Shown: piece after piece, positions 10,410-21,251 of the stretch
How positions within the stretch are numbered: position 1 is the first letter of the stretch
Layout of the letters: the number at the start of each line of letters is the position of its first letter
Origin: Pirellulaceae bacterium
GTDB lineage: Bacteria; Planctomycetota; Planctomycetia; Pirellulales; Pirellulaceae
Assembly: GCA_942492215.1 (NCBI GenBank)
Contig: CALODY010000003.1
Location: 150,110 to 214,109, forward strand
DNA length: 64,000 nucleotides
Direction of reading: 5' to 3'
The notes under the pieces: model-generated
The model's database searches: none
What the model was told of the DNA's origin: nothing
The model's input: only the letters and a program-made list of their open reading frames with translations
Program-made: the position numbers and the translations under genes

Positions 10410-11576
10410 CTATTGGATTTCAAGCACGAGGATGGACAAATCGTCGTCCAGGTGTCCATCGCTACTCCATTGAACGACTTCTTCCTCCAGCGCCTCGACA
10501 CATTGGGCAAGTGGATTCGATTGGCTGCCAATTAACTCAGCCTGTAGCCTTTGTTCACCGAATTGTTCGCCATTCGAGTTGGTCTGTTCCACCACTCCGT
10601 CAGAATACAGAAGGAGTCGGTCTCCCTGGTTCAACACGATAACAGTTTCTTCCCAATCACTCTCTTCGAACCATCCGATGGGAGTCCCGCTGGCGGCTAG
10701 TGAATTCAACGACTTATCGTGTGACAGGCATATCATCGGAGGATGACCGGCCGAGCTGAGTCGCAGCTGACGCGTCTGGGCATTGAGAATTCCGTAGGCC
10801 ATTGTGAAGTACCTGCCACCGGATTCCTCCATCGGAAACCGACGGTTCAGTTCGCGAAGTACCTCGGACGTCGGGGCGATCCGGTTCTTCTGCTCTCCGT
10901 CGACCGGTTGTATGAGCAGCGACGAAAGCGAAGGTACGGGGTTCATCATGCGGCTCAAGCTCACCGAGAGCAGTGACGCTGCTACGCCGTGCCCACTGAC
11001 ATCGGCGACGTAAAAGCCGACATGATCGTCGTCCAGCTTGAACACACCGAGAATGTCGCCGGCCAACTCGTCGCAGGGCCGAAAAGTCCAGGCGAAAGAC
11101 GCTCCCACAACATCAGGAGATGACACCGGCAATAGTGACCTCTGCAATTCGGCGGCGGCGTCCAAGTCGGACTTCATACGGCGATTGTGCTCTGCTAGAG
11201 TGCGTTCGAGTCGTACGATACGTTCGCCAGCGCGTACGCGGACCCGCAGCTCATTGCGATCAAAGGGCTTAGCGACAAAATCGTCTGCTCCGGCCTCCAT
11301 CCCCTCGACGATTTCGCTGGTCTCGCTTTTGGCGGTGAGCATGATGACGTACGTATAGGCTTCCCGCTGGCTGGCTCGAATGCGCCGCACGAGTTCGAGA
11401 CCATCCATTTCCGGCATCATCCAGTCGGTCAAAACGAGGGCGAAGTCTCCTGCTTGAAACAACTCCCACGCTTGAACGCCATTCTCAGCAACTGTGGGCT
11501 GAAACCCCATTTTTTCGATGTTTCTTTTCAGACGCATCCGCGTTGCTTGCTCGTCTTCAGCGATCAAGATTTTCAT
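10410..11576 (-). CDS. Response regulator with PP2C (SpoIIE/RsbU-type) phosphatase output
   Basis: MKILIAEDE...TDWMMP receiver; ADVSGHG, YSDGV, DDLSILV PP2C motifs; likely start at 11576. Confidence 0.9.
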   Translation of the reverse strand: MKILIAEDEQATRMRLKRNIEKMGFQPTVAENGVQAWELFQAGDFALVLTDWMMPEMDGLELVRRIRASQREAYTYVIMLTAKSETSEIVEGMEAGADDFVAKPFDRNELRVRVRAGERIVRLERTLAEHNRRMKSDLDAAAELQRSLLPVSSPDVVGASFAWTFRPCDELAGDILGVFKLDDDHVGFYVADVSGHGVAASLLSVSLSRMMNPVPSLSSLLIQPVDGEQKNRIAPTSEVLRELNRRFPMEESGGRYFTMAYGILNAQTRQLRLSSAGHPPMICLSHDKSLNSLAASGTPIGWFEESDWEETVIVLNQGDRLLLYSDGVVEQTNSNGEQFGEQRLQAELIGSQSNPLAQCVEALEEEVVQWSSDGHLDDDLSILVLEIQ

Positions 11577-11735
11577 CGGCGTAACCTTTCTGCGACTCGC
11601 TCGCTGGCCGCATGCTGCCAACATACGGGACCGTGTATTTGATGGTGAGAATCTCGGGCTTGATCGACGTAAGACGCCAAAAAAACCAGGCTCATAAGGA
11701 CGTGGGCACAACCACCGCTTTCGATTGGCTGTCCT

Positions 11736-14700
11736 TTAATTTTGGTCTAACGTTCGAATGTAAGTATCGAGTGCTGCCTTGAGGCGTTCCAATTCGTATT
11801 GCAAACTTTGCCAAGCTTCCCTGGCGCCATTCAGGTCTTCGTTTTTGCCCATGTTTTCCAGCAGCTTTGCCGCCTCGAACGCGGCCTTGGCAAAGAAGTT
11901 ACCACAGCCACCCTTCAAAGTGTGCGCGGCTGTGACGACCGAACTGCTGTCGTTGTTGTCGATCGCAGCCTGGAGTTCCTTCAACAAACCCGGCGCCAAG
12001 TCGAAATAGGACGTCGCCATATCGGCCAGCAGGTCTTCATCGCCTTCATATTCTTCCTTGAGCTCGCCTTCATCCATTACTCCGCTGCCGTCCTGTTCCG
12101 GCAACTGGTCGGGAGCGCTTTCGACGCGGATTGTTTTTCCGGCAAAACGGGCGAGCGCCTCATACAGCGCCTTCCGCCGAATGGGTTTCGACAAGTAACC
12201 ATCCATGCCAGCCTCCAGACAACGCTCGGCGTCGCCCTTCATCGCGTGAGCCGTCATGGCAATGATGGGCAGATGACCGCCCGTTTCCTTTTCCTGCGAG
12301 CGAATGGCCTGGGTCGCGGCAAAGCCGTCCATTTTCGGCATCTGGATGTCCATCAGCAGCAGGTCAAACGTTTCCTGCTCCAAGGCGGCAATCGCCTCAA
12401 GGCCATTGTTGGCGACCAAGACCGAATGTCCGCGACGCTCCAGCAAGCGGACTGCCAATTGCTGGTTTGGCGGGTGATCTTCGGCCAGCAAAATTTTCAG
12501 CGGTGCGATCGCTTCCGTCTCCTCCGCGGTATCGGAAGCCGCCCGAAGATCGGCTCGTTGGCCGCCCATCGCCGTACCGATCGCATCCAGCAGCGTTGAC
12601 TGCTTGATCGGTTTGGTCAGCAACGCAGCCACGTCCAGCTCTTTTGCCCTGGCTGCATCACCGCTTGTGCGTGAAGAGGTCAACAGCATGGCGGTGAGTT
12701 TCTGCAGATCGGGCTGCTGCCGCACCCATCGCAAGAACTCATAACCGTCCACCTCGGGCATATTCACATCGGAGAAAATCAACTTGAAAGACGGATGCGT
12801 GTCGCTACCCTCCTGCAAGAGCTTGATCGCCTCGCGAGGGCTGCTGGCGATTGTCGGCTGCAGGCCCCATTGAGAGAGTACTTCTGCGAGAATTTGCAGG
12901 TTGGTAGCATTGTCATCCACGACTAATACCGGTAGGCCTTCCAATTCATCCAGCTCAGCGGCGACAGGAATGGAGTTCGGGTCCTGAACACCGAAACTTG
13001 CCGTGAAATGGAACGTGGTGCCCACGCCTTCCTGGCTCTCCAGCCAGACTCGCCCGTCCATCAAGGCCACCAGCTGCCGCGAGATGGCGAGTCCGAGACC
13101 GGTGCCGCCGAATCGACGGCTGGTGGACGTGTCTGCTTGATCGAATGCGCCGAAGATTTTCTCCTGTACGTTCGCAGGAATACCGATCCCCGTGTCGGAA
13201 ACGGCAAAGTGCAACAACGCTGTGTCGTCGGTTTGCGATTCGGCTTCGACCCGCAATACAATCTCGCCCTCCTCGGTGAATTTCACGGCGTTGCCGATCA
13301 GGTTGACGACCACTTGCCGCAGCCGGCCAGGATCGCCGATCAGGTGTTCCGCCACATCGGGCAGCACGTGACAGGCCAATTCAATTCCTTTCTTGTGGGC
13401 ACGTAGAGCCAGCGTATGCGTGGCATCCGCCAAGGCATCACGCAGCTTGAAACTGACACAGTCCAAGTCGAGCTTGCCAGCCTCGATCTTCGAAAAGTCC
13501 AGGATGTCATTAATCAACATCAACAGCGCCTCGGCCGACGAAAGTACCGTCTGCAAGTAATCACGTTGTTCGGAGTCAAGATCTGTGTCCAAGGTCAGTT
13601 CTGACATCCCGATGATGGCATTCATTGGGGTGCGAATCTCATGGCTCATGTTTGCCAAAAAGTCGCTCTTGGCGCGCGTGGCTGCCTCGGCCGCCTCCTT
13701 GGCTTCTTGCAGCGCCGCTTCGTCCGCAATCTGCTGTGTCACATCCTGGTAGGCGCCGTACATGTGGTGAATCTTTCCGTTCTCATCGCGCACGACCTTC
13801 CCCAAAGCGTGAAGCCAGATGATCTCACCGTCACACGGTCGCTTGTATGCATAGGTCGATTCGTAATGCTCGTACCGTCCATCGATCGCGCCCTGATAAC
13901 GCTCCGCAGTCCGTTCGGCGACTTCCGGACTCGCTTCCAGCAATCGGGAGTACCATTCGTCCTGCAGGTGGTAACGGCCATCAGGCTTGATTGGTTCGCC
14001 GAGCATTCTGGCCGACCGTTCAGACTGGTAGTAATAGTCGGGATCGCTGTAATCAATGTGCCAGTAGGCACAATGCGTCAACTCTAGCGTGATATCCGAG
14101 TGGAAGTTGGCCGTTCGTAGTTCCTCTTCCATGCGCTTGCGAGCCGTAATGTCCTCCTTGACGGCGACGTAATGCGTGATTCTTCCCGACGCATCACGGA
14201 TCGATGAGATCGATGCAGACTCCCAGAAAAGCACTCCGGATTTATTCTTGTTACAGAATTCTCCCCGCCAGTCCTTTCCCGCCGAGATGGTCGCCCAGAG
14301 ATCCTCGTAAAACTCGACAGGCTGAATGCCAGCGTTCAGTATGCTCGTCGTTTGCCCCACCGCCTCCGCAGCCGTGTACCCGGTCACGCGGGAAAAATGC
14401 GGATTGACGTATTCGATCACGGCGTCCAGGTCAGTAATCACCACGGCAACGGGACTGCTCTCGACGGCTCGGGATAGCCTAACGAGTTCACTCTCGGCTT
14501 TCTTGCGGTCCGAGATGTCGTGGATGGCGGCCGCGACCATGGGCCCGTCCGCAAGCTCGAGCGGTGCGAGCCCGACCTCGACGAAGATCTCGGAGCCGTC
14601 CTTCCGCAGTCCCTTCAACTCACGCCCCTTGGCCATGATCCGGCGATCGGGGGTGTCAGTGTAGGAGCGGCGCAGATCGGCATGGTGCGGTCGCACGGCA

Positions 14701-16211
14701 GTTGGCACGAGCGTATCAACGGAGGTGCCGCTCAGCTTGCCGCGTTCGTATCCGAAAATTCGTTCCACCTCTTCGTTGGCGGATCGGATGACACCGTCAT
14801 GGTCCACCAGCAGCAGACCGACCGGGGCCGTGTCTAGCAGCTTCGTAACGCGATCCTCCGCCTGCTGCCGCGCCTCGGCCATCCGGTTGATGGCGTCCAC
14901 CAATGCGTCGCCTTCGGACCTCGGCTCCAGGCGTTTGCTGAAGTCTCCCGTGGCGATCGCCCGGCACATCTCGGTGGTTCTGCGGTAGGTGGCAGCCAGC
15001 TTGTTGAAGCTGGCGCCGATGCGCCCCGCTTCATCTCGCGACCGGTCATCCAACCTGAGCTCTTCGGAGACGTCACCAGACGCGAGCGCGTCCACGGCCA
15101 CGACCGCCTGCTGAAGGCGTGCCGTCGTGCGACGCGTGATCCACCATGCCAGGATCGACACGGCGAGCAACGCGACCATCAACGCCGCGAGATTCTGCGC
15201 GACGTGACCCTGGATCGGTGCCAGCACACTGGCCTCGGTCTTACGAACGACGACCAGCCAGTCGCCTGTCGGAACTGCGGCCGCTGCAAAGTAGCATCGC
15301 TCATCGAGTGTGGGATCGACTGCGGCTTCGATCCTGGTCGGCCCTCGTTGTTCATGAAGTCTGCCAAACAGCTTGCGATACGGCGTCGCTGCGATTTCGA
15401 GCGTGCGAAGCTCGCCAGTCTTGCCGGACCCCAGCGATACCTTCCCAACGGTCGACGCAACGAACTTGCCGGCGCGACTGATCAGAAAGAGATCGATCTC
15501 GGCCTGTTGTCCAGCTTTTATCTCATCGAGGAAAACGACGATGTCGCTAAGTGCCCGATCAACTCCGGCGATCCCCTTAAATTCACCGTCGATCACGATC
15601 GGACACGTCTGTTCGACGATCATCTTTCCTTCATAGACGTAGGGTTCGGTGACCATCGCGAGCACCTGCCCGACGCGTAGAAACTGCTCCTTGCAGCCCT
15701 GGTAATACAGGCTGTTCTCCATGTCGACCAGTGGCTCGAGCACGAGTCGCTTGGCGTCAGCCTTGCCCCGGAACCAGTAAGGGATGTAGCGGCCGTCCGA
15801 AGCGAAAGCCGGTCCGATTCGCGTGGCAAGATCTGAGCCAACATACGCGGCATCCGCTCCGTCGGCATTCGGCTCGTACGCGAAGTATGCGCCGGTCAGC
15901 TCTGGATATTCTGCGAGCACCTGTCGCGCGAAAGCGCTGGAGCCGTTGCGGTCGCCGAACATTCCGTTAACCTGCGCTTCGGCCATGACCTCGGCGGCGA
16001 GCACGGCACGCGTGTTGCCGCGCTCGATCTCGGTTGCCACACGATCCGCAATTATGCCGAGCGTCTCTTCATGCACGGCGCGAAGCTCTCCTGCCATCTG
16101 AATCGAAGTGATGATCGCCACCGCGGACAGCGCCAAACCAGTTGGAATGATGCCGAACAGGAACATTCGGCCTGCAAGGCTGTTCAGGAATGGAATGTGT
16201 TGCTGTTGCAT
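11736..16211 (-). CDS. Hybrid sensor histidine kinase (Cache, HAMP, PAS, HisKA, HATPase, two REC, Hpt)
   Basis: [33 protein letters not shown], two receiver domains, AHTLKG Hpt. Confidence 0.95.
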   Translation of the reverse strand: MQQQHIPFLNSLAGRMFLFGIIPTGLALSAVAIITSIQMAGELRAVHEETLGIIADRVATEIERGNTRAVLAAEVMAEAQVNGMFGDRNGSSAFARQVLAEYPELTGAYFAYEPNADGADAAYVGSDLATRIGPAFASDGRYIPYWFRGKADAKRLVLEPLVDMENSLYYQGCKEQFLRVGQVLAMVTEPYVYEGKMIVEQTCPIVIDGEFKGIAGVDRALSDIVVFLDEIKAGQQAEIDLFLISRAGKFVASTVGKVSLGSGKTGELRTLEIAATPYRKLFGRLHEQRGPTRIEAAVDPTLDERCYFAAAAVPTGDWLVVVRKTEASVLAPIQGHVAQNLAALMVALLAVSILAWWITRRTTARLQQAVVAVDALASGDVSEELRLDDRSRDEAGRIGASFNKLAATYRRTTEMCRAIATGDFSKRLEPRSEGDALVDAINRMAEARQQAEDRVTKLLDTAPVGLLLVDHDGVIRSANEEVERIFGYERGKLSGTSVDTLVPTAVRPHHADLRRSYTDTPDRRIMAKGRELKGLRKDGSEIFVEVGLAPLELADGPMVAAAIHDISDRKKAESELVRLSRAVESSPVAVVITDLDAVIEYVNPHFSRVTGYTAAEAVGQTTSILNAGIQPVEFYEDLWATISAGKDWRGEFCNKNKSGVLFWESASISSIRDASGRITHYVAVKEDITARKRMEEELRTANFHSDITLELTHCAYWHIDYSDPDYYYQSERSARMLGEPIKPDGRYHLQDEWYSRLLEASPEVAERTAERYQGAIDGRYEHYESTYAYKRPCDGEIIWLHALGKVVRDENGKIHHMYGAYQDVTQQIADEAALQEAKEAAEAATRAKSDFLANMSHEIRTPMNAIIGMSELTLDTDLDSEQRDYLQTVLSSAEALLMLINDILDFSKIEAGKLDLDCVSFKLRDALADATHTLALRAHKKGIELACHVLPDVAEHLIGDPGRLRQVVVNLIGNAVKFTEEGEIVLRVEAESQTDDTALLHFAVSDTGIGIPANVQEKIFGAFDQADTSTSRRFGGTGLGLAISRQLVALMDGRVWLESQEGVGTTFHFTASFGVQDPNSIPVAAELDELEGLPVLVVDDNATNLQILAEVLSQWGLQPTIASSPREAIKLLQEGSDTHPSFKLIFSDVNMPEVDGYEFLRWVRQQPDLQKLTAMLLTSSRTSGDAARAKELDVAALLTKPIKQSTLLDAIGTAMGGQRADLRAASDTAEETEAIAPLKILLAEDHPPNQQLAVRLLERRGHSVLVANNGLEAIAALEQETFDLLLMDIQMPKMDGFAATQAIRSQEKETGGHLPIIAMTAHAMKGDAERCLEAGMDGYLSKPIRRKALYEALARFAGKTIRVESAPDQLPEQDGSGVMDEGELKEEYEGDEDLLADMATSYFDLAPGLLKELQAAIDNNDSSSVVTAAHTLKGGCGNFFAKAAFEAAKLLENMGKNEDLNGAREAWQSLQYELERLKAALDTYIRTLDQN

Positions 16212-16589
16212 GGCAATGATCCGTCAGCACGTCGCTGTGACTTTACTGACGCATACGGATTTTAATCCACAATGGCCTGATAATGTGGCCGTAATTGGAG
16301 TGGTTGTCAAAAGTTGGCCGCAATTTCCGCGGCCAGATTTTTTTCGGAACGTCCCGGCCGGTAAAAGGTGCTGTGGCGTAGATCAATTCACTGCCGATTG
16401 TTCCAGCGTTGTGCTGACAAAGAAACGTTCGAAATTTGGCTGGCTGGAATTTCGTCGATTCTGGCCATTCCTGCGCAGACCCATCAACGGCGGCAATTTG
16501 GGCATTGGGCCAAATTAGCTATTCGCAAAAGGGTCGTTCAAATACTCGATGCAAAAAACGTATGAGTATCTTATCTTTTTGCCGAATAT

Positions 16590-16991
16590 CCTGGGATCCT
16601 CGATTGGGCATTGGCCGGATGGGCGGAATATCAGAAAGCCGGACTCCAGGAGCCGCAGTGCGTGACCGAAGCTACCGCCGAATACCGGAAAGCGGAAAAC
16701 GAAATTGAGCGGTTCATTGAATCCAATTTCGTCATCAACAGCGGGTTCATTCTCCCTGCCGTAGAAGCTTATGAAATCTACTCAGAATGGTCCGGTGAAA
16801 TGACCCGGAAAGAGTTTGTCCAGAAGATAGAGCAGCGGTTTAAACGGCGGAAACATTCTGTTGGAAAGCACCGATTTAAATACGTCTATTACGGACTTGG
16901 AAACCCACCAGAATCAGCCGAATCGGTCGGCCGGAATCCGCCGTTTTGGCCACTTTTGTGCCGTTTGTGCCACGTGTGCCGCCTCTGGTAA
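16590..16991 (+). pseudogene. C-terminal fragment of a phage/plasmid P4-family primase-helicase
   Basis: GILDWALAGWAEYQKAGLQEPQCVTEATAEYR resembles the D5/P4 primase C-terminal region; N-terminus absent. Confidence 0.55.
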
Positions 16992-17067
16992 TAGTAATTA
17001 GCATTGCGATGGATTGCGAAACAAAAACACCCCTAACACCATCAGTCCGCTCGACACGATGGCAGGC

Positions 17068-17900
17068 TCACCACAATACGGACATAGTCCCCGAGAAACT
17101 GTTTGAGTCAATGCCAACATCCGCCATTGTCTCGGTTCCAACATAAGCCAACTTGAAACCTACTTTGGGTGACAACGGATAGCCAACGCTTATTACCCAA
17201 GCCAGGTTTTCCTTTCGATCATCCTTGCGGATGTGATTTGGCGTTGAGCGGCCGCCTGCTCCATAGCCCAATCCGGCACCCACCCACAAACCGGGCCCGA
17301 AACGTGTAGTCCATGTGTCCCTGGATCGTATACAACGGATCCTGTTCCAGGTAGTTGCCGCCAAAAAAATCATCATTGTCCGTGAAAAGCCAAGACGATA
17401 TGGTCGCTTCGGTCGCCAACTTTCCCCAGTTCCGTACGACGCCCAACTGCGGGCGAAACGTCACGCGGTTCGTACCGAGATTGAGCAATTTATCTTCGAG
17501 GTAATGCCCCGTCGGCAACTGGACGATTAATCCAAGACCGACGATGGTTTCTTCCTCGATCTCAGCCCGGTATTCAGCGAACTCTTTCGTTGACAGCGGT
17601 GGGAGCCGCCGCAGAGTTCACCGCGAAACGCAACGACATATCCGAAAAACGCACTGCGGTAAACTGCCGTGGGTACGCCGTCAAGCGTGCTCATTCCAGC
17701 GGGCGTCTTGATAAGCCAGGATCCCGTCGAATCGAGCCGACTTTCCAGCAAAACTCGAATGTGCGAATATATTTTGCCGGAAACGTGTCCACATTCATGG
17801 ACGCATCTTCGATCCTCAGCACCGGATCGAAGGCAATATCTGCGTCGGTATAAACGTAACCGCCTCCGGCAAAAATTTACGCGCCGATAGAAGGTGGCTC
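17068..17900 (-). pseudogene. Outer-membrane beta-barrel transporter (MetA-pathway-like), multiply frameshifted
   Basis: Pieces in different frames: PTGHYLEDKLLNLGTNR, LEQDPLYTIQGHMDYTF, C-terminal SFSGTMSVLW. Confidence 0.65.
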
Positions 17901-18758
17901 CGGCGCCTGGGCACTTTTTTTAATTCACTGAGCGTTGCACGATGCGACTGCACAAAACCGCTATTAACAAGCAACCTGCAATTTGCTTTCCCGCTAAATA
18001 CATTGCGCAGTGCATTCAATTTCGTCGGACAAACCAAAGGAAACCTTTACAGAGTTTCGCCGACTCGACCAAAGCGGAACATTTCTTTCAATTACAAAGC
18101 TAGCAGGATGAACACTTGTTGCATCATGCTGTTTTCCTGAAGATTGCCGCGAGAATCACAATAGGGGTGTGGAGTTTCATTGTGGCGAGGTTACGAATTC
18201 CCCCGGATGCGACGGTTGAGTCTATCACAATAAAACAGCTGTTCCCAGATCCCTGCTACCAATTCCCTTGGTGCAATTCCAGCGGATCTCGCCAAGAGAA
18301 CCGTCATGCCAATCGTCAGTCACCTCCCGAGTTTGCGAATACTGGATAAACACAAGTTAAGTAAAACGTTGGAAATCTGGCTGGGGAATAAACTGACAAT
18401 TTGACCTTTTTTCGCGCAGACGTGGCAACGGCGACAATTTGGGCACTGAACCCAAAATGTTCATTCGAAATACGGTCGTTTGATTGGCGACGCAGCAAAG
18501 GTTACTGATAACTGATAGGGATTTTAATCCACAACAGCATGACATCATGGCCGTGATTTGGGCGGTTGTCAAATATCCGGCCATGATTTTCGCCGCCAGA
18601 TTTGCCCCAAGACGTTCGTGCGGTCAAGTTTGGTGTAGCGGGGTTCAAACAGCTACTGATCTTGCACGGATTGGAAGATTTGGGGGCTTTCAGGCTACCT
18701 GTGGCGCGCACCGATTACGCATCCGGGTTGATGGCCGAAAAAAAGCTTGCCAAACCGG

Positions 18759-19505
18759 CTACAGGAACTCAGGGTCGAGGACCAACTGGAACTCACGCGA
18801 TGCCTCCGCCTGCGTCTCGCGAAACTGGGCTTCGAGGAACTCGCCATCGGGTACCAAAACGAATTCGCACGGCGCTGAAGGCAGCGGTGACTTGGTTGCC
18901 GGCGGTGCTCGCGGCGAGGCATGGGTGCGGATGAAACCCTGCCACAGCCCGCAGTGGCGGAGGATTCGCTGGATGACATCCGATTGTCGACGTTCGATGA
19001 AACTGATGATCTTCATTGCGCCGCCACATTCGGGACATTCCAGTGGATCGACTTCGTAGACTCGCTTGATCAACCGCGCCCACGTGGAAACCGAACCCGC
19101 GCGAGGGGAACGGTCAGAGGACGCATGAGTGTCGATAGCAGTTCGATCAACGGGTATCTTTTTCGGGTCGGATCCCGCCTTGGCCCGCATGCCCCGTTGG
19201 CGATGCGAGTACCAGCCGAAATAACGAACCAGGTGCTCGCCTTTGTCCGGGATGTGCTGCGTGACTTCGGCCAGAAAATCCAGTGCGCTGAAAACCTGGA
19301 AGTTGCGCCGTGGACCGCCTTTCAAATCGCCGCTTGCCGGACCGGGGAAGCGGCGGCAGCGATCCGGCTGGGCGCGATAGATTACCGAGCCGTCATCAGT
19401 AAGCCACCCACGCGGGCCAGACTGAAGGGGCATCGGAGGATGTACTGGGCCAGCCGCTCCAGTCCCGCCGATTCGTCTGGCGACAGGTAGACGCTGTTGT
19501 CGACT
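18759..19505 (-). mobile_element. IS91-family (Y2) transposase fragment, 5'-truncated and frameshifted
   Basis: LERLAQYILRCPFSLAR in one frame, then LDFLAEVTQHIPDKGEHLVRYFGWYS and WARLIKRVYEVDPLECPECGG. Confidence 0.8.
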
Positions 19506-19642
19506 TGCGCAATTACTAAGTGCCATTCGTCGGACACACCGAAGCGGATTTCCAGGGCTAGCGATAGCGGCAGGATGGCTATTGATCTCTACTTCTTGTA
19601 CCGATTCGGTTGACGTCAAGTTTGGGCGGCTGGTAAATCAAA

Positions 19643-19846
19643 TTATTTCGGGTCGATCAGTTCCCACATTTCGTTTTGGTGCAACCAAACGGGATCGACG
19701 TTTAGGTGAAGCCATTCGTCCTCTGGAATTCCGTCGATTTTCGGCTCTCGTTTTACTCGAACTTGCTTGCCGTTCATCATGATCCACTTAAACTTTTTCT
19801 GTCGTTCCTTCTTTTCGGCAGCGGACCATTTCCGTTTCCGGGACAT
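19643..19846 (-). CDS. Small basic hypothetical protein
   Basis: MSRKRKWSAAEKK...NGKQVRVKREPKIDG...DPVWLHQNEMWE; AGGA upstream of ATG. Confidence 0.6.
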   Translation of the reverse strand: MSRKRKWSAAEKKERQKKFKWIMMNGKQVRVKREPKIDGIPEDEWLHLNVDPVWLHQNEMWELIDPK

Positions 19847-20056
19847 CAAGAAATCCTTGGACCGTTGAGTTGCGATCAGAAAATGATTCAAAGCAATTCG
19901 CTTCATTCTCAAATAGATCTCAATCCAGCGAAACGCTGCCGAATCAACTTTGACTCAATCAATTTGTGAACGAAATTCAGCAATAGAACCGGCGTCACAA
20001 CCACAATTCCGCCACAAGCCCAATACCGTATGTACATCTTTCGTCCGGGCGGATGA

Positions 20057-21223
20057 TTATTGGGGCGTCTCCAACTGAGAGATTTGCATGTTTACAAACG
20101 ACTGCGGAATGCGCTCCTGCTCGAGCCGCTTCCTGTTTTCCAGTACGAATTGAAAAGCCAATTGCTCGGAATCCACCAGTAAAGTCGGGGTGAAGCGGGA
20201 TTGATTGGGCCAATCAATTGCCAGCTGAGCAAACCGCCGATATGTTTCGAGGTTCATCATCAAGCTTTTCGTGTGCGGAAAAATTTCACGAAATTGACAA
20301 AGCATCTCAAATCCCTCGACGTCCAAGTCGCCCCAGTAGTAAATGGTTGCGGCCTCAAGCCAACCGATGTCACGAAACAGCGAAATCGCTTTGCCCAGTC
20401 CGCCGATCGCAATTCCACGCGGAATCGACGGGAGCGTCAGCAAGTTGACTTTGTTCTCCACAACGAACACGGTGACGTTTTCAACCGGCAGCCGGTTTAT
20501 CGAATCGGCTGGGAGGGAAAGCTCTTCAAACGGAAGCCCTGACTCGTCAAGCAGCTCATCATCCAGCAAGCGCAACCGCAGATGAGGCCGGGGATACCGC
20601 AGTCCGTACCTCGCGTCGAATTCGTCGCGACCAAATCGGAAGTCGATTTGATTATCTGGAAGTAGTAGATCCAGCCACGCCGCCAGAAGCTTCTTGTTCT
20701 CCTCGATCAGCTTCGTCGAAACTGGCAATGGAATCTCGCGTGCGAACATGTCGGGGCGAGGATTGTCGACCAGATATCGAGTCATCAACAACAAGTCGTC
20801 AAGGATGTTTGCGACTTCAACCAGCTGCTTCCAATTCGTCGATTGCACAATCCAACCCGTCAACTCCGGTTCCGACTCGCGAATTCTGCTGACACAGCGA
20901 TCGAGAGTTGCGAATTCAGACAGTTTGTTGATGAACTTCAGAAAATCTTCTCGGGAACTAAAACTCAGCTGCGTCGGAAAGTCATTTTGACCATGAGTTC
21001 GACTACGTCGCTGTTCCCACGTGACGTCGTATCCATAGCCACGTTGCGCCTTCGACGCTTGCCGCAATTCGTCGACTGCCCGCTTGGCCGCTGAATGATC
21101 GACCGGCGGAGTGAGGTTCGCTCGAATGCGTTTTGGAAAAAAGTCTTCGCCAGCAAGCCAACTCTTGACGAAAGTCGGGTAAAGACGTTCCGCTTTTTGC
21201 CGAATTTGCCTGGGAGTAATCAT
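20057..21223 (-). CDS. jetD: Wadjet JetD (DUF3322 + DUF2220 Toprim nuclease)
   Basis: MITP start, VFVVENKVN, YYWGDLDVEGF, RLEQERIP; last gene of the operon. Confidence 0.9.
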   Translation of the reverse strand: MITPRQIRQKAERLYPTFVKSWLAGEDFFPKRIRANLTPPVDHSAAKRAVDELRQASKAQRGYGYDVTWEQRRSRTHGQNDFPTQLSFSSREDFLKFINKLSEFATLDRCVSRIRESEPELTGWIVQSTNWKQLVEVANILDDLLLMTRYLVDNPRPDMFAREIPLPVSTKLIEENKKLLAAWLDLLLPDNQIDFRFGRDEFDARYGLRYPRPHLRLRLLDDELLDESGLPFEELSLPADSINRLPVENVTVFVVENKVNLLTLPSIPRGIAIGGLGKAISLFRDIGWLEAATIYYWGDLDVEGFEMLCQFREIFPHTKSLMMNLETYRRFAQLAIDWPNQSRFTPTLLVDSEQLAFQFVLENRKRLEQERIPQSFVNMQISQLETPQ

Positions 21224-21251
21224 CGCTTTGCCGACTCGTCCACGACAAGTT

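Noticed and set aside
18505-18530. IS91 oriIS terminus (aaatccctatcagttatcag on minus strand)
   Set aside because: Position is plausible but it cannot be confirmed without alignment to related elements
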